Below are positions 49,501 to 62,296 of a DNA stretch of 64,000 nt, piece after piece. The stretch is from the NCBI GenBank assembly GCA_030390025.1, contig JASTWF010000331.1, positions 372,001 to 436,000 on the forward strand. Direction: 5' to 3'. Source of the DNA: Squalus acanthias. Taxonomy: Eukaryota. Every line of letters begins with the position of its first letter. Position 1 is the first letter of the stretch. The notes below the pieces were generated by a model. That model ran no database searches, had not been told where the DNA came from, and saw only the letters and a program-made list of their open reading frames with translations. Position numbers and translations under genes: made by a program.

Positions 49501-50672
49501 CATGATTCCTATGCCTACATAGTGAACACAGATGGAAAATATTCATTTTAAACATCACCTACATCATCCGGCTCTACACACAGATTGCCACTTTGGTCCC
49601 TAATGGTTCATCTTTCCCTGGTTATCCTCTTGCCCTTAATATACTTATATAACAGCTTGGTATTTTCCTTTATTATACCCGCAAGTGTTTTTACATGCCC
49701 CCACTTCACTCTCCAAATTACTTTTTTATGTATCCACCTGCACTTTCTGTACTCCTCTAGGGCTTCCACTGTTTTTAGTCCTTTGTATCTGCCAAAAGCC
49801 TCCCTTTTTTTCCTAATCCATTCTTGTATATCCCTTGACATCCAGGGATCCCTGGGCTTGTTGGTCCCACTCTTAAGCTTTGCGGAACATGTTGGCGTTG
49901 TCGTCTGTATATTTCCTTGCTGAAAGACTCCCACTGCTCTGATGTGGATTTTCCTACAAGTAGCTGATCCCAGTCCACTTTGACCAGATCCTGCCTTATC
50001 ATATTAAAAATCGGCCTTCCTCCAATTTAGAACCTTAATTTCCGGTCCAGTTTTGTCCTTTTCCATGTCTACCTTAAATCTCACCGAATTATGGTCACTG
50101 TCACCAAAATGCTCTCCTACTGACACTTCTACCATTTTCCCGTCTACATTCCCTAGAATTAGGTCCAGTAACGCATCCTCTCTTATAGGACTTTCTACAT
50201 GCTGGCTCAAAAAGCTCTCCTGGATGCACTTTAAGAATTCTGCTCCCTCTAAGCCTGCTGCCTTCAGGGATCTATGTACATGCACACCAATGTCCCTTTG
50301 ATTCTCTGTCCTTCCCATGATCGTACCATTCATTGTGTATTCCCTTGCCTTGATTGTCCTCCCAAAATGCACCACCTCACACTTTTCAGAGTTAAATTTT
50401 ATTTGCCACTATTCTACCCATCTGATCAATCCGTCGATATCATCCTGTAGCCTAAGGCTTCCCTCCTCGCTATTGACCACTCCACCAATTTTCGTGTCAT
50501 CTGCGAACTTACTGATCATACATCCTACATTCATATCTAAGTCATTAATGTGCGGTACAAACAGCAAGCGACCCAGCAACGATACCTGCGGTACACCACT
50601 GGACACAGGCTTCCAGTCACAAGGACAACCTTCGACCATCACCCTCTGCCTCCTGCCACGAAGCCAATTTTG
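46545..50672 (-). mobile_element. Mosaic of minus-strand CR1 fragments
   Basis: Minus-strand translations give SPGPDEMYPRLL, NYRPVSLTSVVGK, GVPQGSVL, ISKFADD and GEHFGDSDHN in several rearranged pieces. Confidence 0.85.
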
Positions 50673-52458
50673 TAATTACGATCACTGCTGTTTTTGATGT
50701 ATTAATGTGACCTGGACTTGGGTATATAGAGCATAATTTAAACATTTGTAGATGACACGGATCTTGGAAAAGTCGTAAACCGTGAGGAGGATAGCAGAAG
50801 TTTTCAGGAGGAAATAGGCCGTCTGGTGAAATGGGCAGACACATGGCAGGTGAAATTTAACGGAGAGAAGTGTGAAGTGATGCTCTTTGGAAGGAAGAAT
50901 GAGGCAATATAAACTAAATGTTACAATTTAAAAGGGGTTGCAGGAACAGAAAAACTTGGGGTACACATAGAGAAATCTTTGAAGGCAGCAGGACAGGACG
51001 ATAAGCATTTAGAAAAGTATACGAGACCATTGGTATATAAATAGAGGAATAGGAACATAGGAACAGGAGTTGGCCATTCATTCACTCTTCACTCCATTCA
51101 ATTCGATCATGGCTGAGCTGAATCTTAACTCCATCTACCCGCCTTGGTTCCATAATCCTAAATACCATTGCCTAACATAAATCTATCAATGACAGTTTTG
51201 TAATTTTCAATTGACTGAAACTCAACAGCTTTTTGAGGGCGAGTGTTCCAGATTTCCACTACACTGTGTCTGAAGAAATGCTTTCCAACATCACCCCTGA
51301 ACGGCCTCGCTCTGCGTTTAAGGTTATGCCCACTTTTTCTAGACTCGTCCACCAAAGGAACTAGTTTAATGCTTTCTATCCTAGCAATTCCTTAGATCAT
51401 CTAAAACACCTCAATTAGATCACACCTTAAACTTGTATAATCAAGGAAATAAAAGCTTCGTCAATGCAATCTATCCTCATAATTTAAAGCTTTTAGCCCC
51501 AGTATTGTTCTGGTGAATCTGAGCTGCACCTCCTCCAAAGCCAAGATATTGTTGCCGAGGTGCGGTTCTCTAAATGGGTCTAACCAGAGCTCTGTACAGC
51601 TGGAACAGAACTTCTAACCCTTTGTATTCCAGCCCTCGAGATAAAGCCCCAAATTCCATTACAATTTTACTTATTTTTGGTATCAACTAGCTTCTGGTGA
51701 TTTCTGTACTTGGACCCCTAGTTTTCACAGCAAATCCACATTTCCTAACTTTTAACCATTTATAAACTACTCTGATCTATTATTTTTAGGTCCAACGTGA
51801 ATGACCTCAAACTTTCCCACAATATTCTCCATCTGCCACAGTTGTGCCCAGAGATTGCAAAGCAAGGAAATTCCGCGAAACCTTTACCAAACACTGGCTA
51901 GGTCGCACCTGGAGCATTGTGTTCAATTCTGGGCACCACACTTTCGGAAGGCTTTCGGAGCCTTGCAGAGGGCGCAACGGATATTTACTAGAGTGGTAAC
52001 AGAAATGAGGGAATTCAGTTACATGATGAGACTGGAGGAGATGGAATTGTTCTCCTTAAATAAGAGAAGGTTATGAAGAGATTTAATAGATGGGGTAAAA
52101 TCATGAAAGGTTTCGCTATTTTCATAGAATAAATGAGCAGAAACTGTATCTACTGACAGAAGGGTCGATTTAAAGAAGACACAGATTTATTGCAATTAGC
52201 TGAGATGAGGAGATATTTTTAGGCATCGTGTTATTATGTTTCTGGAATGCAATGCCTGAAAGATGGTGAAAAAAAATGCAACAGTAACTTTTAAAATGGA
52301 ATTGGATAAATAATAAATGTAGAGAAAATTGTAGGGCTCAGGGGAGAGAGCAGTGGAGTGGGACTAATTGGATGGCTCTTTTAATGTTCTGGCACAGGCT
52401 CGATGGGCCTTCTGTGCTGAATGATTCTATGCTTCATGACATCGACCTCTGACTCTTT

Positions 52459-53206
52459 GGGGGAAAAATTAGGTCGCGCCCCATTTGGGGCGCAAATATC
52501 GTCTGGACGCAAATATTAGCGCCTGGCGCTAATTATCGCCACTGACTGGAAACTTCACTTTTACCGCCCCGGGAGGTGAGTGGAGCGCTAAATCAGGCGC
52601 TGCACACCTGTCTTAAGGCGCAAAGGCCGAGCAGTGAGGCGCTAACTCAGCGCGTGAGCGCAGTGCAGCTGCTGCCAGTTAGCGAGGGAACACAGACACA
52701 CTGGCGCCGGCCAGTTCTTAAAGCGGGGGGGGGGGGGGCAACTGTTAGGATCAGTAGGCAAAACTACCTCACAAAGCGTTGACTCAATGCAGAAGTCTCT
52801 CTTTCTGTCTCTCCGAATCTCTCTCTCTCTCTCAGAACGAGTGGTGCAAAAATGTCAACCACAGAAAAAGACAGGAAGAGGCCCCCTTTAAATAGCGCCC
52901 CCCCCCCCAGCCCCACAGCGATTGATAGCGTTCCAGTCTTCCGGTCGTTGGTTGCGCCAGGCGGTAAGGCAGGGGGCGCCACTCAATTTCCGCTCCGGGG
53001 CGCCACAAGGGCGTTGCACCATGGAATGACGTCACAATCTGCGCGCGCAGGTGGTCGCAGCGGTAAAGTTTAGCGCCGCCGCACAATGTCTAGTTAAATT
53101 CCCGAGCGGCGCAAACATCGCTGCGCCCGGGCGTTAGCGGCGTTGCGCCACATTAGCGCCCTCTTAAGGCGCTAACGGGAGGCGCAACCAACTGAATTTT
53201 TACCCC
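52459..53206. mobile_element. GC/CpG-rich MITE (non-autonomous DNA transposon, possibly Harbinger-type)
   Basis: Imperfect TIRs GGGGAAAAATTAGGTCGCGCC / GGCGCAACCAACTGAATTTTTACCCC. TTT(G) is duplicated. The empty site TCTTTGTTCCTAAG is at ~33500. Confidence 0.85.
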
Positions 53207-53449
53207 TTTGTTCCTAAGCGTGTTTTACATGATAAATGTAATTGAATAATATTTACAGATGCAGAATTTTAACGTGTGAAATTGCATTTGGAAGTTTTAT
53301 TCTGTTAAATCACACAACTCCCAGTATATTAATTTCTGAAAATACATCCGTTGTTACCTGTCCACTCTTGTGATGTTAACTTGTCTCTATCTTTGAACTA
53401 CTGCACAAAATAAACGACGATTTCCGCTATCATAAAACGCAATAATTTG

Positions 53450-54220
53450 ACTCAGTATGTTCCGGGTCCTTACCTTGTACTGCGGCTCCTGATTCTGGTT
53501 CCAGAGAGTCCGGGTAAGTTAGTGCTGTGGGTTCTGCAGGTTAATGGACACACCCTGGGTAAAGATCAGTTACAGCTCACAGTTATAAACACCCCCTTCA
53601 GCCTGATCAGTACAATCTCTCCCCGCCCTGTTCTCTGGTGCAGGGCTCGATCTGAATCACACACGGGCTCATTCAGTTTGAATTGATGTGATAAATTACT
53701 GATCTTTTAACCAGTTATTAATCCTCTGTGTGGTAACAATGAATACATTTCCCCACAGCTCTTCCATCTGCGGCTCTGAAGACCCCGCAGTGAATCCGTG
53801 TCCTGTAGCGGGAATCAGTTTCAGATCCTCAATTCGATTTCATAATTCACCAAAAAACCTCTTTATTATCGGACTCGAAAAGGGCAAAGATACCAAGGGA
53901 CAAAGATCGCTCATTATAATCTCCAGCAAATAGCCTCTAGTAAATGAGTAACAGTCTGGGCCTTAATCAGGAGATCACACCAGTCAGTCTCAGGCTCCAG
54001 GTTTCAGTAACTGGAACTGAATCAGCCAATGTGGGCGGTAAACAAGTGAAAATCTGCTTCACCGCCCTGTTAACTTTTAGTGGTCGTGATGTAATTGCAC
54101 ATTTTCTTTTAAACTTTCTTCTAACAGTTTCGGATTATATTTATGATGAGACTGGGAAACTCTGAACAATAAATTGATTTGGTAAATAGTATTTGTATTT
54201 AATATTAATATTAAAAGTTC
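53450..54220 (-). promoter_or_regulatory. Repeated cassette copy A'
   Basis: Donor CAAG|GTAAG (GT at 53473-53472), GC box at ~53622, distal CCAAT/GTAAACA block. Confidence 0.5.
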
Positions 54221-54399
54221 AGGCTACCTCTTGGGACTGCTCCGTGTCTCAATCCCCTTCCTGCTTCTCTGTGCCCCCGCTCCCAGTCTGTTTACAGCTC
54301 CCCCAGCTCCGTATCTGAAATCCTTGCCATGATCTTATTGAGTGGCGGAGCAGGCTCAAAAGGCCAAATGGCCAATCCTGCTCTGATTTATTATAAATG

Positions 54400-55090
54400 T
54401 GTTCAGTATGTTTCTGGTCCTTACCTTGTCCTGGGGCTGCTGATTCTGGTTCCAGAGAGTCCGGGTTAGTTTGCTTTGTGTGTACTGCAGGTTAATGAAC
54501 ACACCCTGGGTAAAGATCAGTTCCACTTCACAGTCATAAACACCCCCTTCAGCCTGATCAGTACAAACCCCCCCCCCCCCCCACCCCCCGCCCTCTGCTC
54601 TGGTGCAGGGCTCGATCTGAAGCACAGGTCGATAAAAGAATCATTCAATTTGAATTGTTCTGATGAATTACTGATCTGTTACCCAACTGTATTAATTATT
54701 TGTTTGTTAACAACAATTAAATTTGCCCCCATCTCTTCCATCTTCGGTTCGGAAGACCTCATAAGAAAACTGAGTTCTGTATCCCGATTCATATTCCATT
54801 CCTCAATTCGAGTGTATTGCTCACCATAAAACCTGTTTCTTATCGGAATATGGAAGAGCACTGATAGCAAGGGACAAAGATCACTATTAGTTTCTTGGGA
54901 TCAAACAGCAGAGGGAAGTTTGTCAGCACCTTGCTTTTTTGGAAAGATCTAACTTTCGAACTTTATCTCTTTCTTTGTCCAGATTCTAACTCTGTGGGAA
55001 TGAAAGACATTCGGATCACAGCTATACTGATCTCGGTATGAGACCTTTTTTAATGTTAATCTGTTCTGGATTTGCTGGAGTTCTAAATTT
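54400..55090 (-). promoter_or_regulatory. Repeated cassette copy B' (donor intact)
   Basis: Donor CAAG|GTAAG (GT at 54424-54423). The GC box is extended by a poly-C tract at 54568-54593. Confidence 0.5.
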
Positions 55091-57474
55091 GAGGATGACA
55101 CCAATTGGGGGTAAGTCAATACTGAGGAGGACTGCAACAAATTACAGGAGAACATAACAACATAAGAAATAGGAGAAGGGACCGGCCATTTTGCCCTTCG
55201 ATTCTGCTTCGAAATTAATACGATCATGACTGATCATCTACCTCATGGTCACTTTCCTGATCTATCCCCATATGCCTTGATTCCCTGAAAATTCCATAAT
55301 CTATCGATCTCTGTCTTGAATATACTCAGCTACTGAGCCTCCACAGTAATCTGGGGTAGAGATTCACCAGCTTCTGGGTGAGGAAATGTCTCCACATCTC
55401 AGTCCTAACAGGCTGAACCGTTATTCTGAGACTGTGACCCCTGACACTAGACTCGCCAGCCAGGGGAAACATCCTCCCTGCATTTACCCTGTCAAGCTCT
55501 GTAATAATGTTGTATGTTTCAATGAGAGCACCTCTCAGTCTTCTAAACTCTAGAGAATATAGGCCTAGTCAACTCAATCTCTCCTCATAGGACAATCCCC
55601 CCATCCCAGGGACCAGTCTGGTGAACCTTTGTTTCACTCCCTCTGTGGTAAGTATATCCTTCCTTAGGTAAGGAGACCAGAAATGTACACAATACTCCAG
55701 ATGTGGTCTCACTAGGGCCCTATATAATTGTCGTAAGACGTCTTTACTCTTAAACTCAAATCCTATTGTAATAAAGGCCAACCTGTCATTTGCTTTCCGA
55801 ATATCTTGCTGTACCTGCAAGTTAACTTTCAGTGATTCGTATACAAGGACACCCAGGTCCCTCTGAACTCCAAAATTTCCCAATTTCTCACCATTTAAAA
55901 AAATTCTCTGCTTTTTTTTTCCTACCAAAGTGGATAACTTCAGATTTCTCCACATTATATTCCATTTTCCATGGAGGACATGAATAAACTTGCAGAATGG
56001 GTGTATAATTGGCAAATAAATTCAACAAAGATAAATGCGAGGTACTACATTTTGGTAGGAAGAATAGGGAGGTCACTTATTACTTGGAGGGTGCGAGTCT
56101 AGATGGGGTAGAGGAACAAAGGGATCTCGGAGTATAAATGCACAAATCAATAAAAGTTGCGACACAGGTTAGCATGACCATAAAAAGCAAACCAAGCACT
56201 AGGTTTTACATCTAGAGGTTTAGAATTGAGAAGTAGGGTAGTTATGCTAAAACTGTACCGAACCTTGGAAAGACCACACTTGGAGTACTGCGTACAGTTC
56301 TAGTTGCCATAATATAAAAAAATTATAGAAGTACTGGAGAGGGTTCAGAGAAGATTTACAAGGAATATTTACCAGAAATGCAAGGGTATACCTATCAGGA
56401 AATTATTAAAATGCTGGGTCTCTTTTCTCTGGAAAAAAGAAGGCTGAGTGGTGACGTAATGGAGGTCTTTAAAATTATGAAAAGTTTTGATAGAGTGGAT
56501 ACAGAGAGAGTGTTTCTACTTGTGGGGAAGAGCATAATTACAGGCAATCAATATAAGATAGTCACCAAGAAATTCAATAGAGAATTAAGAAGATACTTCT
56601 TTACCCAAAGATTGGAGAATATGGAACTCGCTACCAAGTGAATAGTATAGATGCAGTTAAGGCGAGGCTAGACAGCCATATGAGGGAGAAGGGAATACAG
56701 GGTTATCCTTATAGATTTAGATCAGTGAAGACAGGAGGAGGCTGGAGTGGAGCATAACCGCCGGCATGGACTGGTTGGGCCGAGAAGTTTGTAGATGGCA
56801 CGAATCTCGGAAAAATCGTAAATCGTGAGGAGGATAGCAGAAGACTTCAGGAGGAAATAGACACTCTGGTGAAATGGGCAGACAATTCTAAAGGGGTTGT
56901 AGGAACAGAAAAACTTTGGGGTACACATAAAGAAATCTTTGAAGGTGGCAGGACAGGACGATAAGCATTTAGAAAAGTATACGAGACCATTGGCTTTATA
57001 AATAGAGGAATAGGAATATAGGAACATAGGAACAGGTGTAGGCCATTCATTCACTCTTCACTCCATTCAATTCGATCATGGCTGAGCTGAATCTTTACTC
57101 CAACTCCCCGCCCTGGTTCCATAACCCTAAATACCATTGTCTAACATAAATCTATCAATGACGATTTTTTTATTTTCAACTGACCGAACCTCAACAGCGT
57201 TTTGAGGGCGAGTGTTCCAGATTTCCACTACATTGTGTCTGAAGAAATGCTTTCTAACATCACCCCTGAACGGGCTCGCTCTGCGTTTAAGGTTATGCCC
57301 CCGTTTTCTGGACTAGTCCACCAAAGGAAATAGTTTAATTCTTTCTATCCTAGCAATTCCTTTGATCATCTTAGACACCTCAATTAGATCACCCCTTAAT
57401 CTTGTATAATCAAGCGAATAAAAGCTTCGTCTATGCAATCTATCCGCATAGTTTAAAGCTCCTAGCCCCGGCAA

Positions 57475-58520
57475 CTTACCTTGTGCTGCGGCTCCTTATT
57501 CTGGTTCCAGAGTGTCCGGGTAAGTTAGCTCAGTGTATTCTGCAGGTTAACGAACACACCCTGAGTAAAGATCAGTTCCACATCACAGTCATAAACCCGA
57601 CCTTCAGCCTGATCAGTGCAATCGCTCCCCGCCCTGTTCTCTGGTGCAGGGCTCGATCTGAATCACACACGGGTTTATTCGAATTGAATTGTTCTGATGA
57701 AATACTGATCTTTTAACCAAAGTTATTAATATTAATTGTGACTACGTCTTCCCCCCGCCCACCCCCCAGCTCCTCCATCTGCGGTTCCGGAGACCCCGCG
57801 GAGAGACTGCGTTCTGTAGCCGGAATCACTTTCGTGTCTCAATTCGATTTGATGACTCAACATAAATCCTCTCTATTATCGAGGTATAAAAGGGCAGAGA
57901 TAGCAAGGGACAAAGATCACTGTTAGTTTATTGTGATCAAACATCAGAGGAAAGGGCACAGTGAACTTTCTGTGTTAACACGTTAATGTTTTGCAATTAC
58001 CTTCCCTTTCGATCATTAGCTGTTTCTTTGACCCGATTCTAACTCTGTGTAAATGTACTTCATTAGTATCCCGGCTGTATTAATCTGGGTATCAGGCTTT
58101 TTACAATGTTCACCTGATCTGGATTGACATGGAGTTCCCAATTCCTGTCACATGACTAGTTACAGGTCAATTTCCAATGCTGGTCATTTATTAGCAACAA
58201 AGCAAGCAACGATTATAAAATCCGGGAGATAATCTCCAGTTAATGAGTAACAGTGTGGGCCCTGATTAGGTTGTTCACACCCAGGAGTATCTGGCTCCAG
58301 GTTTCACTTACTGGAACTGAATCAGCAAATGTGTGCAGTAAACAAGCGAACCGTATCATTGGCCAGTTAACTTTTATTGGTGGTGCTGTAAATTTACATT
58401 TAATTTCTTTTAAAAAGGGAGGAGATAATTCAATTCATTATGAGACTGACAAACTCTGAAAATTACATCAATTCCCTAATTCTAATTTGCCTTTAACATA
58501 AATAATATAAACTTTATAAA
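57475..58520 (-). promoter_or_regulatory. Repeated cassette copy C'
   Basis: Donor CAAG|GTAAGT (GT at 57479-57478), GC boxes at ~57628 and ~57755, both distal blocks present. Confidence 0.5.
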
Positions 58521-61500
58521 ATATCTCCAGGTTCCTCTGTGTCTGATTCCCCTTCCTCCTTCTCCGTGCCGCTCCTTCCAGTTCTTCATCTCTGGTTTTC
58601 CACCTATTCTGTTCCTGATGTTTCCTTCCCTCCCCCACCTGTTTTAATCCTAATTCTCCCCTTTGCCTTCCTTTCCTCCTGCACGGTTCCTGATTTAGCC
58701 CCTGCATTCGTTCGCTCTCCGGCTCTATATCTGATGCTCCCTGCCTTTCCTTTTCCATCTCCTCTATACCTGATTATCTTCCTTGCTTCCCTCTACATCT
58801 TGTTTCATGTCTGACTCCCCATTCACCACAAAGGACACTTCAAAACTATTCAAATTACTCCAGCGTCACACTAAGTGTGCGCATAATCCCCCATAAACTA
58901 CAGAGTCCACCTCATATTATCTTCACCGAATGCAGTTACGGATTGGGAAAATGGTACCGACAATACCAGGCTTGCAGCCGCCTAATGTTACTCTTCAATA
59001 TAAATGTATTTTTGCTCAGAAATCTACATGTTAAAATGGTCCATTGTTTATCACTCGACCCGCTTGTTTTGATCTGTCGTCCCCCGCTGCCCCACATAGG
59101 TCCTGGTTGGGCTTTTCGAATCGTTGCAATCCTTGTGGCGATGACGCTACTCGGATTGTGCTAACAAGGCAATTGCAGGATTTTCACTCAACAACGATGA
59201 GGGGACCATGCCATGTGCCTAAGTTAAGATCGGCAGTGACTTGCAGGGGTTATTGGAGCAGCGGGTATCTCACAACTTCACTGCTCTAATCCTTATCAGT
59301 GGTAGACAGTGTAGATATGTGAGGCGATGCTAATTTAGCTTCGTGAGATGCTGTGGATAGTGCAGACTACAGCAATAGTGCACTGCTGGTGGACGGGGTG
59401 GATATTACAGACTTACAATCAAGCGGACTGTTTTGTCTGGTATGACGCCGAGCTTTATGAGTAGTGTGGTGGGTATATCCTTAAGACAATTGCTGATTAC
59501 TTCATCACATTCTTAACATGAGACCTGAAGCTGGTGGAGAGGCTTTCAGCGGTCAGAAAGAGAGAACTTATCGTGGAGAACTCTTCATCTGTAGTTTTGA
59601 AAAGGCTGTCCCCGTTAATCATCTTGTCGATGGTGACCTCCGTGGTGTTGATGGGGCGGCACTAAGCGATTTGGTTGCCGCGAAATGTTGGAGGGAGATT
59701 GCAACTTTTCCTGTTAGAGTTGGTAATTTCCCGGCACTGACACAGCACAAACGTTACCTGCCTCTTGTTAGGCCTGGAAAATGTCCTGGTCCTGAATTAG
59801 CCTGTCACAGGTTGCTTCTTTATGTATGGAGTAGTAAACGGAGCAGGGCACTGTTGAGTTATCAGAGAACGGGCTGACTCGAGAACTTATGACAGATTCA
59901 CTAGACTGACCCCTGGGAAGAGAAGATTGTCCTATGAGGAGAGATTGAGTAGACTGGGCCTATACTCGCTGGAGTTTAGAAGAATGAAAGAAAATTCCAT
60001 TGAAACATATAAGATTCTGAGGGGCATTGACAGGGTATAACCTGAGAGGTTGTTTCGCCTGTCTGAAAATATTAAATTCTTATCCTTGTTTTAAAATCCC
60101 TCCATGGCCTTGTCCCTTCCGATACCTGTTATCTCCTCCAGCCCCACAACCCCACGAGCTATCTCTGCTCCTCTAATTCTGCCCTCTTGAGCATCCCTGA
60201 TTATAATCGCTCAACCATTGGTGTCCGTGCCTTCCACTGCCTAGGCTCTAAGCTCTGGAATTCCCTCCCTAAATCTCTCCGCCTCTCTACCTGTCGTTCT
60301 TCATTTAAGACGGTCCTTAAAACCTAGTTCATTGACCAAACATTTGGTCATCTGCCCTAATTTCTCCTTATGTGGCTGTGCGTCACATTTTGTTTTCTAA
60401 CAGTCATGTAAAGCGCCTTGGGACATGTTACTAAGTTAAAGGCGCTATATACATACACGTTGTTGTTGCTGTTTCCTGGCGATTCTAGAAATAAGGAGCA
60501 TAATCTCGGGATAAGGGGTCGGCCATTTAAGATTGAGATGAGGAGGAATTTCTTCACTCAGAGGGTCGTGAATCTTTCGATATGGATGCTGAATCGTTAA
60601 ATATGTTTAAGGCTGAGATAGATTAATTGTTGGACTCTAGGGGAATCAAGGGATATGGGATCAGTTGGGGATAGTGGAATTGAAGTCTAAGATCAACCAA
60701 TGATCTAAGTTAATGGCGGAGAAGGCTCGAGGGGCCGTATGGCCTACTTTTGCTTCTAAATCTTATGTTCTATGTAATATTCTGGAAAATATTAAAAATG
60801 ATAAGTTTTCTAGTCTTTTCTTGGCTTTAGTTATAGCTACAAACTAAAATTTCTATTCAATACAGATTTGCGTCTATAGAGCAGGCAGATTCCCTTATCA
60901 CCATGTTGCTCAAAGTAGTGTTTGAAACAGTGCACCTGTTTCTATTGGCTTGTCCATGCGGCAGTATGTTATAAATCTAGTTATAGTGAGTCTTCAAGGA
61001 ACTTTGAAATGCAATGTGTGGTTAAATCGTGTAGCGATTTTGCGATTTTTTATCAAATTTCGGCATGAATCTTTGATCCTTTCAGCTCACAGTACTGATA
61101 AGAAAATCGGAATAAAATAATGTGTCAGTGCGACACACAATCTTTGTAACAATAAGCAGAAGCTCCACAAGTCTGACTATTCACCAAATCTCAACTTTAT
61201 CTCAATTATCTGACAATTTTCTTTCGCATTTATTAATTACACTCTCTATCAATCATAGTTATATAAATCTTTCAGTATTGGTGTAAATCAGAAATATATA
61301 GTACTCTGTTTGGAATAAGAAACAGCGTGAAAAACTAAATTTAATTTTCGATGATTAGCATTCAACTTTCGATCAGCTATCGTGATTTCTAGTTCATATT
61401 GAAAATGGCAAACATTACAGTTATTAGCTGAGTTCCCAATGTTTTGTATCATTAGGACATTTACCAGAAGACACGGACCCTATTCCACGTGGCCCAGAAA

Positions 61501-62170
61501 CTGTATGAAGTGGCGGCTGTAGGTGAGACCCGCATCTGCAGAAATCTTACCGAGGCAGGAGGTTAAAATTACCTCATTGGTTCTGCGCTAACAGAAACTT
61601 GATTTGACAAATTATCTGGTAAATCTAAATTGCTGGGCATGTGTTAGAAGGCAATTGTCTCTGTTTCTCAAGAATGTTATTCCACCAATACATCTCGCTA
61701 GTGTCTATTCAAATACCACCTTACGGAGAAAGGTACAAACTGGTCGCTTTGAAATTGATGTGTAACAACCCAGCGTCAATGACGACATAGAAGCCTGGAA
61801 TAGTGCAGAATAGAAGGAGGCCGTTCGGTCCATCCAGTCTGCGCCGGCTCTTTCCAATAGCAATTCAGTTAGTCGCATTGCTCCAATCTTTCCCATTATC
61901 CCTGCAATGTTTTCTCCTTCAAGTATTTATTCAATTCGATTTTGAAAGCTACTATTGAATCTGATTCCACCACCTTATCAGGAAATGCATTCCAAATGCA
62001 ACCCAAACGTTGTGTAATAAAGTTTTTTCCTCATGTCGCTTCTGGTTCTTTTGCCAATCACCTTAAATCTGTTCCCATTGGTTATCGACCCTTCAGCCAC
62101 TGGAAACCGTTTATCTTTGTTCACTCTATCTAACCCCTTCCTGATTTTAAACACATGTATCTAATCTCCA

Positions 62171-62296
62171 TGAAAGGTCATCAACCTGAAACGTTAACTC
62201 TCTTTCTCTCTCCACGGATGCTGCCTGGCCTGCTGAGTTTTTCCAGCGTTTTCTGTTGTTATTTCGGATTTCCAGCATCTGCAGTATTTTGCTATC
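62171..62296 (+). mobile_element. Solo truncated pLTR-like insertion with tail (same family as 45337-45865)
   Basis: 14-bp TSD GTATCTAATCTCCA at 62157-62170 and 62297-62310. Begins inside the hammerhead (lacks CTGA). Empty site at ~46868-46882. Confidence 0.85.
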
